A stretch of DNA of 64,000 bases from an uncultured bacterium (GTDB taxonomy: Bacteria > Babelota > Babeliae > Babelales > Babelaceae): the NCBI GenBank assembly GCA_963848965.1, contig CAWKFG010000001.1:224001-288000 (forward strand). Direction: 5' to 3'. The notes under the pieces were generated by a model, which worked only from the letters and a program-made list of their open reading frames with translations, was not told the origin of the DNA and made no database searches. Both the position numbers and the translations under genes were made by a program. This document shows positions 31,062-41,213 of the stretch, piece by piece (position 1 is the stretch's first letter; every line of letters begins with the position of its first letter).

Positions 31062-33917
31062 ATGTATATCTTGCTTCTTTTCTCTTTATTGGTGAACATA
31101 ATAACAGGTGATCTAGTGGCTATGAATCTGCCAGCAAGAGTATTAATTAAAGGTAGTGATCAAAGAACAGTAACTATTGATAAAAAGCACTTTTCTGATG
31201 CATTTCTTAAGAAATATTCTGCACAAATTTTAAGCGGTAGCAGTTTAACGGTTAGCTATCCTAGCTCTCTTATTAATGCAGCATGTAGCACTCTTATTAC
31301 TTATAGAAAGACTAAGAATATACACACCACTATATATGATAAAACCATAACTGAATTATTTAGAAAACTACAGCTTGCTGTAAATCCCTTTGACTTACAA
31401 CAAGTAAATCACTATTTAAAGATACTTAAGTGGCTTATGCCTCCACAAGAATGTATTGATCACGTAGTCTCTTTGTGTGCACGATTGACAAAAACGCAGT
31501 CATATAAAGAATTTTATAAACAATTTTCTACAGAAAATCTAGAGCCTCTTGTTTCACAAGGGCCAACTATATCTCTTGAAGATCAAGAAGAGAATCCGGT
31601 ACAACGCGATTTTGTAGCTGAGATTAATAGATATCTTACTATGCTGCTCTCTCCAGATGCTTTTACTAAGCGACAGGCAGCGTTAAGGTTAGTAGCAGCG
31701 TACAAAACTCATGAAGAAGATTCTCTTATTTCTAAAGTGCTTGATGTTCAATCGCGACGAGACTGTGAACTGTTGTGTGGTCCAAAATCGTCACCACTGT
31801 CATCTGTAGCTGCTAAAATAGATCGTACTTCTACAGAAGTAGGTAAGGTTCTTTTTTATGAAAAACTCTCTCAACCGACTTCTAACTGTGATCAATTACG
31901 TCTTATAAAGCAAAAAGTTGAGCATCTTAAAGCTAGTCCTTATTATGACAAATTTAGGAGGCTCTTAAAGAAATTAAAAGATGAACAATGTGAGAATAGT
32001 ATTCTGTCATTATGGTCTGAAGATGTTTTTTATCACTACTTAAAGTATCAAGAAGTCAATATACACCGCTGGAAAGAGTTGTCTGCATGGTTTAATACGA
32101 ATGAGTGCTTTTTGGAAGTAACACAAGAAACATCTCTGCTAGCTTTAAGAATAAAGAATAAACTCTCTAAAGCAGCGGTATCAATTTCTTTTAAGATAGG
32201 TGATATACTGGGAATAAGCGAAAATGAGGATGTTAAAGATATTGTTACACTTGTTGCAGATCCTTTAACTCAACAAGTACTTCCATTCCTTTTAACAGCA
32301 TACGGAGGTGCATATGCTCCTGTTGCTTATCTGTTACCTCTGTTAAGTACAAAGCATGAAGAGGCATTAGCTCAAACAATATGTATTCATTTGGCTATGC
32401 AAAAAAACCTTAAAAATATGGCTCGCTATCTCCATACGATACGCAAAATTCAAGCGCTTTTAAAAGAGGTATTTCAACAGAGAGTTAAAGTTGGTAATAA
32501 TTATCAAGTAACGCCAGTACGACTAAGTGAGGACTTTCCTTTGTTAGATAGTCTAGATCTAACAGCTCGTAATACACAAGAACCCTTCTTGAGCAGGTTA
32601 TGGTCTAAAGCTGCAACTGTTGATAACTTTAATGATCTTTTAGGTATCTTAGAAACTTCTTTATTTAAAGCTCAAAAGCCTAGTGAATCATATCCAGGAA
32701 GAGTGATAGCTGCATATCGACTTGTTCATAAGTATAAAAAAGAGCTATCACCTATTATTGTAGCTCTTGGGGAATTTGATATGTATATGTCTATAGCACA
32801 GCTTTCTCAAGAGAAATATATTCCGCATGAGGAGGCATATGCTCTTTTCAATAAGATAATGGTAGAAAATCAGCATATGTTAAGTGATATTTTTTCTTCA
32901 AGTAAACTTGATAGTTTAGTTGATGATGAGATGAAAAAATATGTATCTGAGAATGAGACAACATTTTGTTTTCCAGAACTATTAAATGCTCAAGAACCAG
33001 TTATTGCTTTTGAAGGTTTTTGGAATCCATTAGTGCATACCCCAGGAAAGAATTTTGTGCGTAAAACTGAAACGACAACTGCTGTCATAAACTCTCTTGA
33101 GCTTGGTGACACATGTCCAAGGAATGTGATCATTACAGGACCAAATGGTGGCGGTAAATCGACAATAATGAAAGCGGCTCTTCTTGCTGTTATTCTTGCT
33201 CAAAGTATAGGCATTGCTCCTGCCCAGTTTATGAAATTTACTCCTTTTTCCAAAATATGTGCATATCTTAACATTACTGATGATACAGCAGCAGGTGCTT
33301 CGCTCTTTAATGCAGCTGCTTTACGTGCTGCTAAATTGTTACATAAAGTTGAAACTATGCCAGAGGGACAAATGAGTCTAACGGTGTTTGACGAATTATT
33401 TAATGGAACAAGCCCTCGAGAAGGACAAGCATTAGCATACGCGCTTATTAAAGAGATAGGAACTAAGCTTCATAATATCTGTATATTAACTACCCATTTT
33501 CATTATATTACAAAGCTTGAGCAAGAAGATGCTGATACTTTTGTAAACTATCAAGTATCTGCTCATGTTGATAGAATAGGAAATCATGCTCAAATTGAAT
33601 ATCCTTATAAGTTAGAGCCTGGTATTTCTCGTCAATGTATAGCATTTCATGTTTTACGCAGTAAAGGCTTTAAAAAACGGTTACTTCAAGAAGCAGAGCG
33701 AGTATTGCAAGAACTTGATGATCTCGAAGAGGCTTTACAAGCGCCGCAAGGAGCTCAAAACAATGAGCATGTGTCAGAAGTAGTTGAACAAGAGGAAACC
33801 CAAGAAGATTTCTATAAAGTAGAAGAAGCTGAAGAATATAAAGAAGCACAACTAGCTCTAGATGAAGAAGAGGACCGAATACTTCAAGAAAGGTTACAAG
33901 CTCTACGAAGAACGTAG
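31062..33917 (+). CDS. MutS-family ATPase domain protein with signal peptide
   Basis: ITGPNGGGKS, LAQSIG, SLF, FDELFNGT..EG and TTHF MutS domain V motifs; hydrophobic N-terminus; acidic tail. Confidence 0.88.
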   Translation: MYILLLFSLLVNIITGDLVAMNLPARVLIKGSDQRTVTIDKKHFSDAFLKKYSAQILSGSSLTVSYPSSLINAACSTLITYRKTKNIHTTIYDKTITELFRKLQLAVNPFDLQQVNHYLKILKWLMPPQECIDHVVSLCARLTKTQSYKEFYKQFSTENLEPLVSQGPTISLEDQEENPVQRDFVAEINRYLTMLLSPDAFTKRQAALRLVAAYKTHEEDSLISKVLDVQSRRDCELLCGPKSSPLSSVAAKIDRTSTEVGKVLFYEKLSQPTSNCDQLRLIKQKVEHLKASPYYDKFRRLLKKLKDEQCENSILSLWSEDVFYHYLKYQEVNIHRWKELSAWFNTNECFLEVTQETSLLALRIKNKLSKAAVSISFKIGDILGISENEDVKDIVTLVADPLTQQVLPFLLTAYGGAYAPVAYLLPLLSTKHEEALAQTICIHLAMQKNLKNMARYLHTIRKIQALLKEVFQQRVKVGNNYQVTPVRLSEDFPLLDSLDLTARNTQEPFLSRLWSKAATVDNFNDLLGILETSLFKAQKPSESYPGRVIAAYRLVHKYKKELSPIIVALGEFDMYMSIAQLSQEKYIPHEEAYALFNKIMVENQHMLSDIFSSSKLDSLVDDEMKKYVSENETTFCFPELLNAQEPVIAFEGFWNPLVHTPGKNFVRKTETTTAVINSLELGDTCPRNVIITGPNGGGKSTIMKAALLAVILAQSIGIAPAQFMKFTPFSKICAYLNITDDTAAGASLFNAAALRAAKLLHKVETMPEGQMSLTVFDELFNGTSPREGQALAYALIKEIGTKLHNICILTTHFHYITKLEQEDADTFVNYQVSAHVDRIGNHAQIEYPYKLEPGISRQCIAFHVLRSKGFKKRLLQEAERVLQELDDLEEALQAPQGAQNNEHVSEVVEQEETQEDFYKVEEAEEYKEAQLALDEEEDRILQERLQALRRT

Positions 33918-34004
33918 CAAGCTTAAGAGTGAAAACGTATCAAGGTGTTGCTTTTTGCTTGTTGTCTAGTAAGCTGAAATAAGCACTTACTACGAAAGGA
34001 ACCT

Positions 34005-34892
34005 ATGAGTACTCAGCTTACTAGTAGGGAAAAACAAGTCTTTATTGTTACCGGCTACTCAGGAGCTGGCAAAAGTAGTGTTTTGCGAGCACTCGAGGAT
34101 GTAGGATTCTTTTGTGTTGATAATCTTCCTAGTGGATTTTTAACGTCGTTTTTCCAATTTGTCGGCCAACCAGAGCAGCAGTTAGAGAAAATAGCGCTTG
34201 GTATTGATATACGAGGTGGCCACAATATGTATGATCTTGTAGAGCAACTTATTGCCTGGAATAAACGACAAAACTACCAAATAAAAATTCTTTTTTTAAC
34301 AGCAAGTACAGAAGTGCTTGTTAAACGTTTTCAAGAAACACGACGCAAGCATCCACTAGCAGATCCTCTTGATCTGTCTGATGCTATAGCCTATGAAAAG
34401 CAGCTTTTAAAGCCTCTTTCAGAAAGAGCAGATTTTACCATTGATACTGACCAGTTTAATATCCATGATTTGCGATCATTTGTACGGAATTCACTTACAG
34501 AGAGTAAGCAAAAAATGATGGTAACGTTAGTTTCTTTTGGCTTTAAATATGGTGTTCCTCTTGAAAGTAATTTTGTCTATGATTTACGTTCGCTTCCTAA
34601 TCCCTATTTTGTGCCACATTTAAAAGAGCATGATGGTACGTATCCTCAAGTACGAGACTATTTGTTTAGTCAACCAGAAGTACAGGAATATTGGGGTAAA
34701 TTGCAGGAGTTTCTCTTCTTTGCATTGAAAAAAGCATATAATGAAGGTCGATTCTTTATCAATGTTGCGCTTGGATGCACGGGAGGTCGACATCGTTCAG
34801 TTGCTTTTGTACAAGAACTTGCTCACCATGAAGTAGAACATGTACAATTTTTAGTAAAGCATCGTGACATTTACAAAGATGTACAAAAATAG
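34005..34892 (+). CDS. rapZ: RNase adapter RapZ
   Basis: TGYSGAGKS, CVDNLP, ETRRKHPL, SFGFKYG, LPNPYF, GCTGGRHRSV. Confidence 0.96.
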   Translation: MSTQLTSREKQVFIVTGYSGAGKSSVLRALEDVGFFCVDNLPSGFLTSFFQFVGQPEQQLEKIALGIDIRGGHNMYDLVEQLIAWNKRQNYQIKILFLTASTEVLVKRFQETRRKHPLADPLDLSDAIAYEKQLLKPLSERADFTIDTDQFNIHDLRSFVRNSLTESKQKMMVTLVSFGFKYGVPLESNFVYDLRSLPNPYFVPHLKEHDGTYPQVRDYLFSQPEVQEYWGKLQEFLFFALKKAYNEGRFFINVALGCTGGRHRSVAFVQELAHHEVEHVQFLVKHRDIYKDVQK

Positions 34893-34900
34893 GGGGCTGT

Positions 34901-35197
34901 ATGAAAGAAGTTAAAAGGCTTATTTTACGAGTTTTTCTTATAGGCGAAGTACTTGCTTTAAGTGGCTGGTATATAGGAGGAAACTCTGGATTACGGGCAA
35001 TAAGAAGTGCAGAGAGATACAATAAGCAAGTGCTTGCAGATATAGACACTCTTGAAAAAGAGATAGGTATATTGAAGGATGAGCTTGAAGAACGTCAAAA
35101 AAATTCTTTTTATAAAGAAAGAATAGCACGACAAGAGCTTCAAATGGCTCGAGAACATGAAGAAATTTATCTTTTGCCAGATTCTATAAGAGATTAA
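34901..35197 (+). CDS. ftsB: Septum formation initiator (FtsB/DivIC family)
   Basis: Single TM, coiled coil, ERIARQELQM..E.IY. Confidence 0.8.
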   Translation: MKEVKRLILRVFLIGEVLALSGWYIGGNSGLRAIRSAERYNKQVLADIDTLEKEIGILKDELEERQKNSFYKERIARQELQMAREHEEIYLLPDSIRD

Positions 35198-35272
35198 TGC
35201 TCTGCAGTTTTGATTGTTCTTGAAAATATGATAATCTGCACAAAAGGACCTACATAGAGAAAGGAGATTATT

Positions 35273-35878
35273 ATGTTTAAATTAGAACCGTTACCATATG
35301 CCTATGATGCATTAGAACCTTATATTGATGCCAAAACTATGGAATTGCATCATGATAAACATCATCAAAAATATGTAGACGATCTTAATGCTGCGCTTAA
35401 AGATTATCCAGAATTACAGAAAAAATCTCTTGAGGAGTTGCTCAGTGATCTTAATGCTGTTCCTGAATCTGTTCGTAAAGCAGTTCAAAATAATGCAGGA
35501 GGAGACTATAATCATGCAATGTTTTGGCTTCTTATGAAAAAGGGTGGCAGTAAGCCTCTTGGGCATGTAAAAGAGGAGATTATTAAAACATTTAAAAGCT
35601 TTGATAATTTTAAAGAAAAATTCTCTACCGCTGCAAGAACACGTTTTGGTAGTGGCTGGGCATGGCTTTCTATAAATCAAGAAGGTGAACTTGTTATTAC
35701 TTCAACAGCAAATCAAGATACACCTCTTTCACAAGGACTTTCACCTATTTTAGGTCTTGATGTGTGGGAACATGCTTACTACTTAAAGTATAATAATAGA
35801 CGTCCAGATTATATTGAAGCGTGGTGGAATGTTATAAATTGGGAGCAGGTAGAAGCAAATTACATAGAGTGTATGTAG
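35273..35878 (+). CDS. sodA: Superoxide dismutase (Mn/Fe family), cytoplasmic
   Basis: [36 protein letters not shown]. Confidence 0.95.
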   Translation: MFKLEPLPYAYDALEPYIDAKTMELHHDKHHQKYVDDLNAALKDYPELQKKSLEELLSDLNAVPESVRKAVQNNAGGDYNHAMFWLLMKKGGSKPLGHVKEEIIKTFKSFDNFKEKFSTAARTRFGSGWAWLSINQEGELVITSTANQDTPLSQGLSPILGLDVWEHAYYLKYNNRRPDYIEAWWNVINWEQVEANYIECM

Positions 35879-35909
35879 AACAGATAGTATTGGTGAAAGG
35901 TCAAAGCTT

Positions 35910-36650
35910 ATGAATATGGATCAAATCTATCGATGGCTCTTTTTTGGAGCACTTGCTCTTTTAGTAGGAGCACTTGCTTATACGCTTATTAAAAAGGTAG
36001 CTCCTAACGGTTTCTTAAGTACTCAAAGTGCACTTTATACCTTGCCACAACTTCCTTATGCATATAATGCGTTAGAGCCTTATATTGACGCTCAAACTAT
36101 GGAATTGCATCATAGTAAGCATCATCAGAAATATATAGATGAGCTTAATACTGCGTTAAAAGAGTACCCTGATTTGCAGAAGAAATCTCTTGAAGAACTC
36201 TTGAGAAATTTAGAGAGCGTACCTGAAGCTATTAGAGCTACTGTTCGCAACAATGGTGGTGGACATTATAACCACTCTTTCTTTTGGCTCATAATGGCGC
36301 CGAAGGCAGGAGGAGCGCCTGTAGGTAAAGTAAAAGAGCTTATTGAGAGGGATTTTGGAAGTTTTGATAAATTTAAAGAGCAGTTTAATCAAGCTGCGCG
36401 TACACGCTTTGGCAGCGGTTGGGCATGGCTTAGCCTTAATAAAGATGGAAAGCTTGTAGTAACTTCTACACAAAACCAGGATACTCCGCTTGCAGATAAG
36501 CTTATTCCACTATTAGGCTTAGATGTGTGGGAACATGCCTATTATTTAAAGTATAATAATAGACGCCCAGATTATATTAATGCATGGTGGAATGTCGTAA
36601 ACTGGAAGCAAGTAGAAGATAATTATCAAAAAGCTGTGCAACCACAATAA
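35910..36650 (+). CDS. sodA: Superoxide dismutase (Mn/Fe family) with N-terminal hydrophobic anchor
   Basis: Same motifs as the upstream paralogue plus a ~40 aa N-terminal extension containing [19 protein letters not shown]. Confidence 0.93.
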   Translation: MNMDQIYRWLFFGALALLVGALAYTLIKKVAPNGFLSTQSALYTLPQLPYAYNALEPYIDAQTMELHHSKHHQKYIDELNTALKEYPDLQKKSLEELLRNLESVPEAIRATVRNNGGGHYNHSFFWLIMAPKAGGAPVGKVKELIERDFGSFDKFKEQFNQAARTRFGSGWAWLSLNKDGKLVVTSTQNQDTPLADKLIPLLGLDVWEHAYYLKYNNRRPDYINAWWNVVNWKQVEDNYQKAVQPQ

Positions 36651-36653
36651 AAG

Positions 36654-36674
36654 AGGGCTGCATAAAGCAGCCCT
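36654..36674. terminator. Hairpin between convergent sod and GH3 genes
   Basis: AGGGCTGC/GCAGCCCT stem. Confidence 0.6.
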
Positions 36675-36710
36675 TAATTATTTGAAAGTTATGTACAAAC
36701 GTTCTACAAG

Positions 36711-38360
36711 CTAGAATGTAAGACTTGTTCCAGCTGCAAATGTAGGTGAAGCAGTAACTGGTAATTTACCTTGAGGAACAAGTTTGCCAAGAAGCACTTT
36801 TGCAGCGCCTTCTTGTGCGTCTTTCTCATCTTCATAAGCTACAAGAATGCTGTTTTCATTGCCAAAGAAGGTAAGTCCATAAGGAGTGCCGAAAAGCACA
36901 AGAATAACTTTTTTGCCAAGTGAGGAAACATTCTTAATGAATTCTCTGGTTTCTTGTGCTATGCCATAATCTTGTTGAGCAAATTTATTCATACCAAAAA
37001 GAGCAATTATAGCAGTATCTTTGGTTGTACATTCTGTTTTGATCTGTGAAAGTACCTCTTGTAGTTGGGCTGGAGTTGCTGTATAAAGAGGAAGAGTTCC
37101 ATATGATTGTAGTGCTTGTGCAAATGGGCATGAAGCGTCTTTTTCTATTACTACTGTAAAAAGCTTAGAGGTATCTTTAAGAGGAAGTAGTTGTTGATCA
37201 TTTTTTACCAAAGTAAGAGCTGCATAGTAAAGCTTCTTTTTCAATTCTTGTACTTCTTGTGTATTCAATGTTTGTAGTGCCTCTGAGACGTTAACAAAGC
37301 GATTTTTATGTAATAAGAGCTCTTCTTTTGCTTGTAAGATTTTTAATACTCGAGCATCAAGTTCGTTTTCAGGAAAAGTTTTTTCGTCTAGTGCTTTTTC
37401 AATAAGTGTAACTGTTTGTTGAATATCAACGGGATAAAGAAGAATATGATTGCCTGCAAGTAAAGCCTGAAGCTCTGCTGTTCCCTGGCCAAAATGTTCA
37501 GTAATTGCTTTCATATTGAGAGCGTCGGTAATTACTAATCCCTTAAAACCGAGCTTTTCTTTCAGAAGTTCGGTTATAAGCTTTTTAGAAAGGCTTGAAG
37601 GAAAGGTATTGTCATAAGCAGGAACTTTTAAATGAGCATTCATAACACATTTAACACCATGAGCGATAAGTTGTGTAAAAGGATAAAGTTCTACAGATTC
37701 AAAGCGCTCCTTAGGGTGATTGATGCATGGCAGCCCTAAATGAGAGTCTACTTCAGTATCTCCATGACCAGGAAAGTGCTTAGCACAGGCGTATGTACCT
37801 GCATCTTGTAATCCTTTCATAAAAAGAATGCTTGCTGCAGCTACTTTTGCCTTATCTTCACCAAAAGATCTATCACTAATAACTGGATTTTTAGGATTAT
37901 TGTTAATGTCTGCTACAGGAGCAAAGTTGATATGGATACCGAGTGCTTTACATTGTTTACCCACAATATACCCCATTGTATAGATATTTGCAGGATTAGC
38001 CATAGCTCCTAAAGTGAGATTACGCGGAAAACGAAGAGCATCATCGAGCCGCATGTTAAGGCCCCATTCGCAATCTTGAGCGATAAGCAAAGGAAGCTTG
38101 CTTAATGACTGGTAATGGTTTATTGTTTCTGTTTGTGGCTTTACTGTATTTCTCTGTACTAAAAGTACGCCTCCAACGTGGTATTGTTGTATAAGTGATG
38201 CAGCTTTCTCTTGTTCTTGAGGAGTGACGCCTATCATAAAGAGTTGTGCTATTTTATCTCGACGGGAAAGATTTTTGAGTGTTTCTTCTGCCCAGCCTGC
38301 ACGTGCTGTAAAAGAGAGAAATATGCAGCCAACTAGGCTTACAAGTATACGCTTAGTCAT
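36711..38360 (-). CDS. nagZ: Glycoside hydrolase family 3 (NagZ-like beta-N-acetylglucosaminidase), exported
   Basis: Signal peptide; KHFPGHGDTEVDSH, ITDALNM and PQGKLPV motifs. Confidence 0.88.
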   Translation of the reverse strand: MTKRILVSLVGCIFLSFTARAGWAEETLKNLSRRDKIAQLFMIGVTPQEQEKAASLIQQYHVGGVLLVQRNTVKPQTETINHYQSLSKLPLLIAQDCEWGLNMRLDDALRFPRNLTLGAMANPANIYTMGYIVGKQCKALGIHINFAPVADINNNPKNPVISDRSFGEDKAKVAAASILFMKGLQDAGTYACAKHFPGHGDTEVDSHLGLPCINHPKERFESVELYPFTQLIAHGVKCVMNAHLKVPAYDNTFPSSLSKKLITELLKEKLGFKGLVITDALNMKAITEHFGQGTAELQALLAGNHILLYPVDIQQTVTLIEKALDEKTFPENELDARVLKILQAKEELLLHKNRFVNVSEALQTLNTQEVQELKKKLYYAALTLVKNDQQLLPLKDTSKLFTVVIEKDASCPFAQALQSYGTLPLYTATPAQLQEVLSQIKTECTTKDTAIIALFGMNKFAQQDYGIAQETREFIKNVSSLGKKVILVLFGTPYGLTFFGNENSILVAYEDEKDAQEGAAKVLLGKLVPQGKLPVTASPTFAAGTSLTF

Positions 38361-38514
38361 AGCATCTCCTTAAGGTTAAGAGGTTGTATTTTGTGCTAGA
38401 ATAGCATAGGAGTTCTCAAGGGTAAAGGCCATCCTCTGTCATACCATGAGGAAATGGAAGAGCACGTTTTCAAAAAGACAGAGGCGTCGTCTAACTTTTT
38501 TGGTGGAAGGGAAC

Positions 38515-39186
38515 TTATAGGTAAATAAGAGCCTCTCGTATACTAAGAGAAGATAAAACATCTTTATTTTTTGTAACAAATTCTCTTACTGCTGTTGAAT
38601 TAGTTTTTGAATGGTGGCGTAGTGCCCATCCAATAGCTTTTCTTATAAAGAAATCTTTGTGCGAAGCTGAATATTGGCAATAGCGAAAAAGTCGCTCTTC
38701 ATCTGTACCTAATTTCCACTGTAGCTGAAATATAAGAGCAGAGCGTTGAATCCATAAGTAATCATCTTTGATCCACTTGTCCATATGGTTTATAAGATCA
38801 GGATGCCTGCTGATTAAATCACCTATACTGTGAGCAGCTAGTGTATCTACGGTATCCCACCATGATTTTGTCCGAATAAGATATTCAAAAGTGCTCAATG
38901 CAGTGACAGAAAAGAATTTTTTATAGCGTTGAGCAAGCACAAGTGCTGTATACTGAAATTCTCGTTCTTCTAGATGCCAAAGTTCTTTTATAGTACTTAT
39001 AAGCTCTTGCTCATCTGAAGGGCCATACTTTTTAAGAATTGCTTTTTCTAAAAGAGCTCGTTGAGGTTTTGGAATACCAAAGAACAAAAACTGATTCCTC
39101 ATATAAGCTGATTGCTTACGTGCAAGATCAGGATTTTTATGCGAAATAAAAGTGTCCTTAAGTTCTTGGATTATACTAGCTTTCAT
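38515..39186 (-). CDS. alkD: DNA alkylation repair protein (AlkD family)
   Basis: AYMRNQFLFFGI, EREFQY, SWWDTVD, FFIRKAIGWALR; start set at ATG 39186. Confidence 0.88.
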   Translation of the reverse strand: MKASIIQELKDTFISHKNPDLARKQSAYMRNQFLFFGIPKPQRALLEKAILKKYGPSDEQELISTIKELWHLEEREFQYTALVLAQRYKKFFSVTALSTFEYLIRTKSWWDTVDTLAAHSIGDLISRHPDLINHMDKWIKDDYLWIQRSALIFQLQWKLGTDEERLFRYCQYSASHKDFFIRKAIGWALRHHSKTNSTAVREFVTKNKDVLSSLSIREALIYL

Positions 39187-41098
39187 ATTTTCCGCCAAGG
39201 TGCTGTGCTAAAAACTTTTCTGCAGCAGCGTAGAATTTTTGCTTATTATCATATTTTACAAATCCATGACCTTCATCTTCAAAAAGCATATATTCATGTG
39301 GAATATTATGTGCTTTAAGGGCAGCTACAATCTGTTCTGCTTCCTCTTTTGGTACTCGAGGATCTTGTGCTCCTTGAGCAATTAAAAGAGGAATCTTAAT
39401 GTTTTGTACTTTAAAGAGTGGTGAACGATCCTTAAGGAATTGCTTTTCTGTTTGAGGATCTCCTATACACTTATATACTTCATGCAAGTGTAATGCCCAA
39501 TAAGCAGGAGCAGATTTTAAAAAGGTAATTAGATTGCACGGTCCTACAAGGTCTACTGCGCAGCAAAATACATCGGGGGTAAATGTTGCACCTACTAAGG
39601 CTGCATAACCGCCATAAGAAGCTCCATAGATTGCTACTTTCCTAGGATCAGCGATACCACGTTTAACTGCCCATTGTACGGCGTCAACAAGATCGTTATG
39701 CATTTTTCCAGCCCATTCTTTGTTTGCTGCATTAACAAATTGTTTACCGTATCCTGTAGATCCCCGGTAGTTCACTTGAAGTACTGCATATCCTCTATTG
39801 GCAAGCCACTGTACTTCTGCTCGATAGCCCCACGTATCCCGTATCCAAGGACCGCCATGAACAAGCAGTACTAACGGCAAGTTGCGTCGTTCAACACCTG
39901 AAGGGCAGGTCAAATAACCATGAATAGTAAGGCCATCACGAGCTGTGAATGAACAGGGCTCACAAGGAGCAAGTGCATACTTGTTTAATACAGGGCGTAG
40001 ATCAAAAAGGTGTGTAGCTTTATTTTGAGTAGTAGTATACAGATAAAATGCTGCAGATTTTGTATCGTGCTCAATACAGACAATCCACTTTTCTTGTTTA
40101 TCGTCAACGCTTAAGATATAGAGATTTCCTTTATCAATGGAAGTAAGCGCAGACAGTGTTTTTTTAAAGTGTGGATGAAGAGCTTTCCATTCTTCGTACT
40201 CTTTAACAAATGAAACTGCTTCAACTTCCCCTGTATCTGGATTAATATGTACTGAATGTACATCAGACTGAGGATCTTCTGCAAGTACTTCAATCTTTTT
40301 TGTTGCAAGATCCATTTTTACAAGTCTACTTGTATTAGCATCTTTAGAGTCGAACAAGTATAGAAACTTACCATCATGTGAAAATTCTGCAGGGCCACTA
40401 AGTGTGTAATCTTCATGTTCCCATATACGTGCAGTCTCCCAAGCAGATTTTGCGTCTTTACGTACAAGTAGTTTAGTACAGCCATTTTCCATAGGCACCG
40501 TTGCTGCGCGTATTATAAGGTCCTTATCTGCGAGCCAGTCTGAGATAGTACCTGGATTTTTTTCAACGAGATCTAGCTTGCCAGTAGAAAGATCAAGCTT
40601 ATAGACATCATGTACTTGAGGATTATCTTTGTTAAGACCGATAAGAAGAGTTTGTGGGTGAAATTTATTACCGGCAATAATTTTAGCTTGTACTTTCTCA
40701 AAAGGTGTATAACACGTAACTTTGCCATCAGGGATAGTTACTCCATAAAGTTGCCAATTTTCATCTCCGTTACTATCTCGTATATAAAGAATTTTGCTGC
40801 TATCAGGTGCCCAAAAATAGCTTTGTATTGAACGATCTGTTATATTGGTTATAGCTCTGTCATCATTTTTATCAAGGCTTCTTACCCAAATGTTGAGTGC
40901 TGACGTTGCTGAATTTAAAGGAGCAAGATAGCTTATAGAGGTTCCATCAGGAGAAATACGTGCTAATGTTTTAGAGGGGCACCCAAAAAGCACTGTTCGT
41001 GGAATTAACGTGAGTTTAGCTGGAGTAATCATAGTACTGATACCAATACATGCGGCTACTGCAAAAAGTAAAAAAGCAAAGAGAAAGGGTTTTTTCAT
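39176..41098 (-). CDS. S9-family prolyl oligopeptidase/acylaminoacyl peptidase, exported
   Basis: VHGGPW, VNYRGSTGYG, GASYGGY, QGAQDPRV, DEGHG. Confidence 0.93.
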   Translation of the reverse strand: MKKPFLFAFLLFAVAACIGISTMITPAKLTLIPRTVLFGCPSKTLARISPDGTSISYLAPLNSATSALNIWVRSLDKNDDRAITNITDRSIQSYFWAPDSSKILYIRDSNGDENWQLYGVTIPDGKVTCYTPFEKVQAKIIAGNKFHPQTLLIGLNKDNPQVHDVYKLDLSTGKLDLVEKNPGTISDWLADKDLIIRAATVPMENGCTKLLVRKDAKSAWETARIWEHEDYTLSGPAEFSHDGKFLYLFDSKDANTSRLVKMDLATKKIEVLAEDPQSDVHSVHINPDTGEVEAVSFVKEYEEWKALHPHFKKTLSALTSIDKGNLYILSVDDKQEKWIVCIEHDTKSAAFYLYTTTQNKATHLFDLRPVLNKYALAPCEPCSFTARDGLTIHGYLTCPSGVERRNLPLVLLVHGGPWIRDTWGYRAEVQWLANRGYAVLQVNYRGSTGYGKQFVNAANKEWAGKMHNDLVDAVQWAVKRGIADPRKVAIYGASYGGYAALVGATFTPDVFCCAVDLVGPCNLITFLKSAPAYWALHLHEVYKCIGDPQTEKQFLKDRSPLFKVQNIKIPLLIAQGAQDPRVPKEEAEQIVAALKAHNIPHEYMLFEDEGHGFVKYDNKQKFYAAAEKFLAQHLGGKYES

Positions 41099-41213
41099 AA
41101 TTAAAGGCCTTTAAGAGAAATTATACTTATACATTTATACTCTTAATAGTACCTAATTTTTTATTTTTTGTTAAACTTTAAAAAAAGAGTCTTATTTTAT
41201 TTTATGGTTTGTT

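Noticed and set aside
38430..38490. CCTCTGTC/GACAGAGG inverted repeat upstream of the GH3 gene as a riboswitch
   Set aside because: No recognisable riboswitch consensus; may simply be a terminator for the alkD-like gene.
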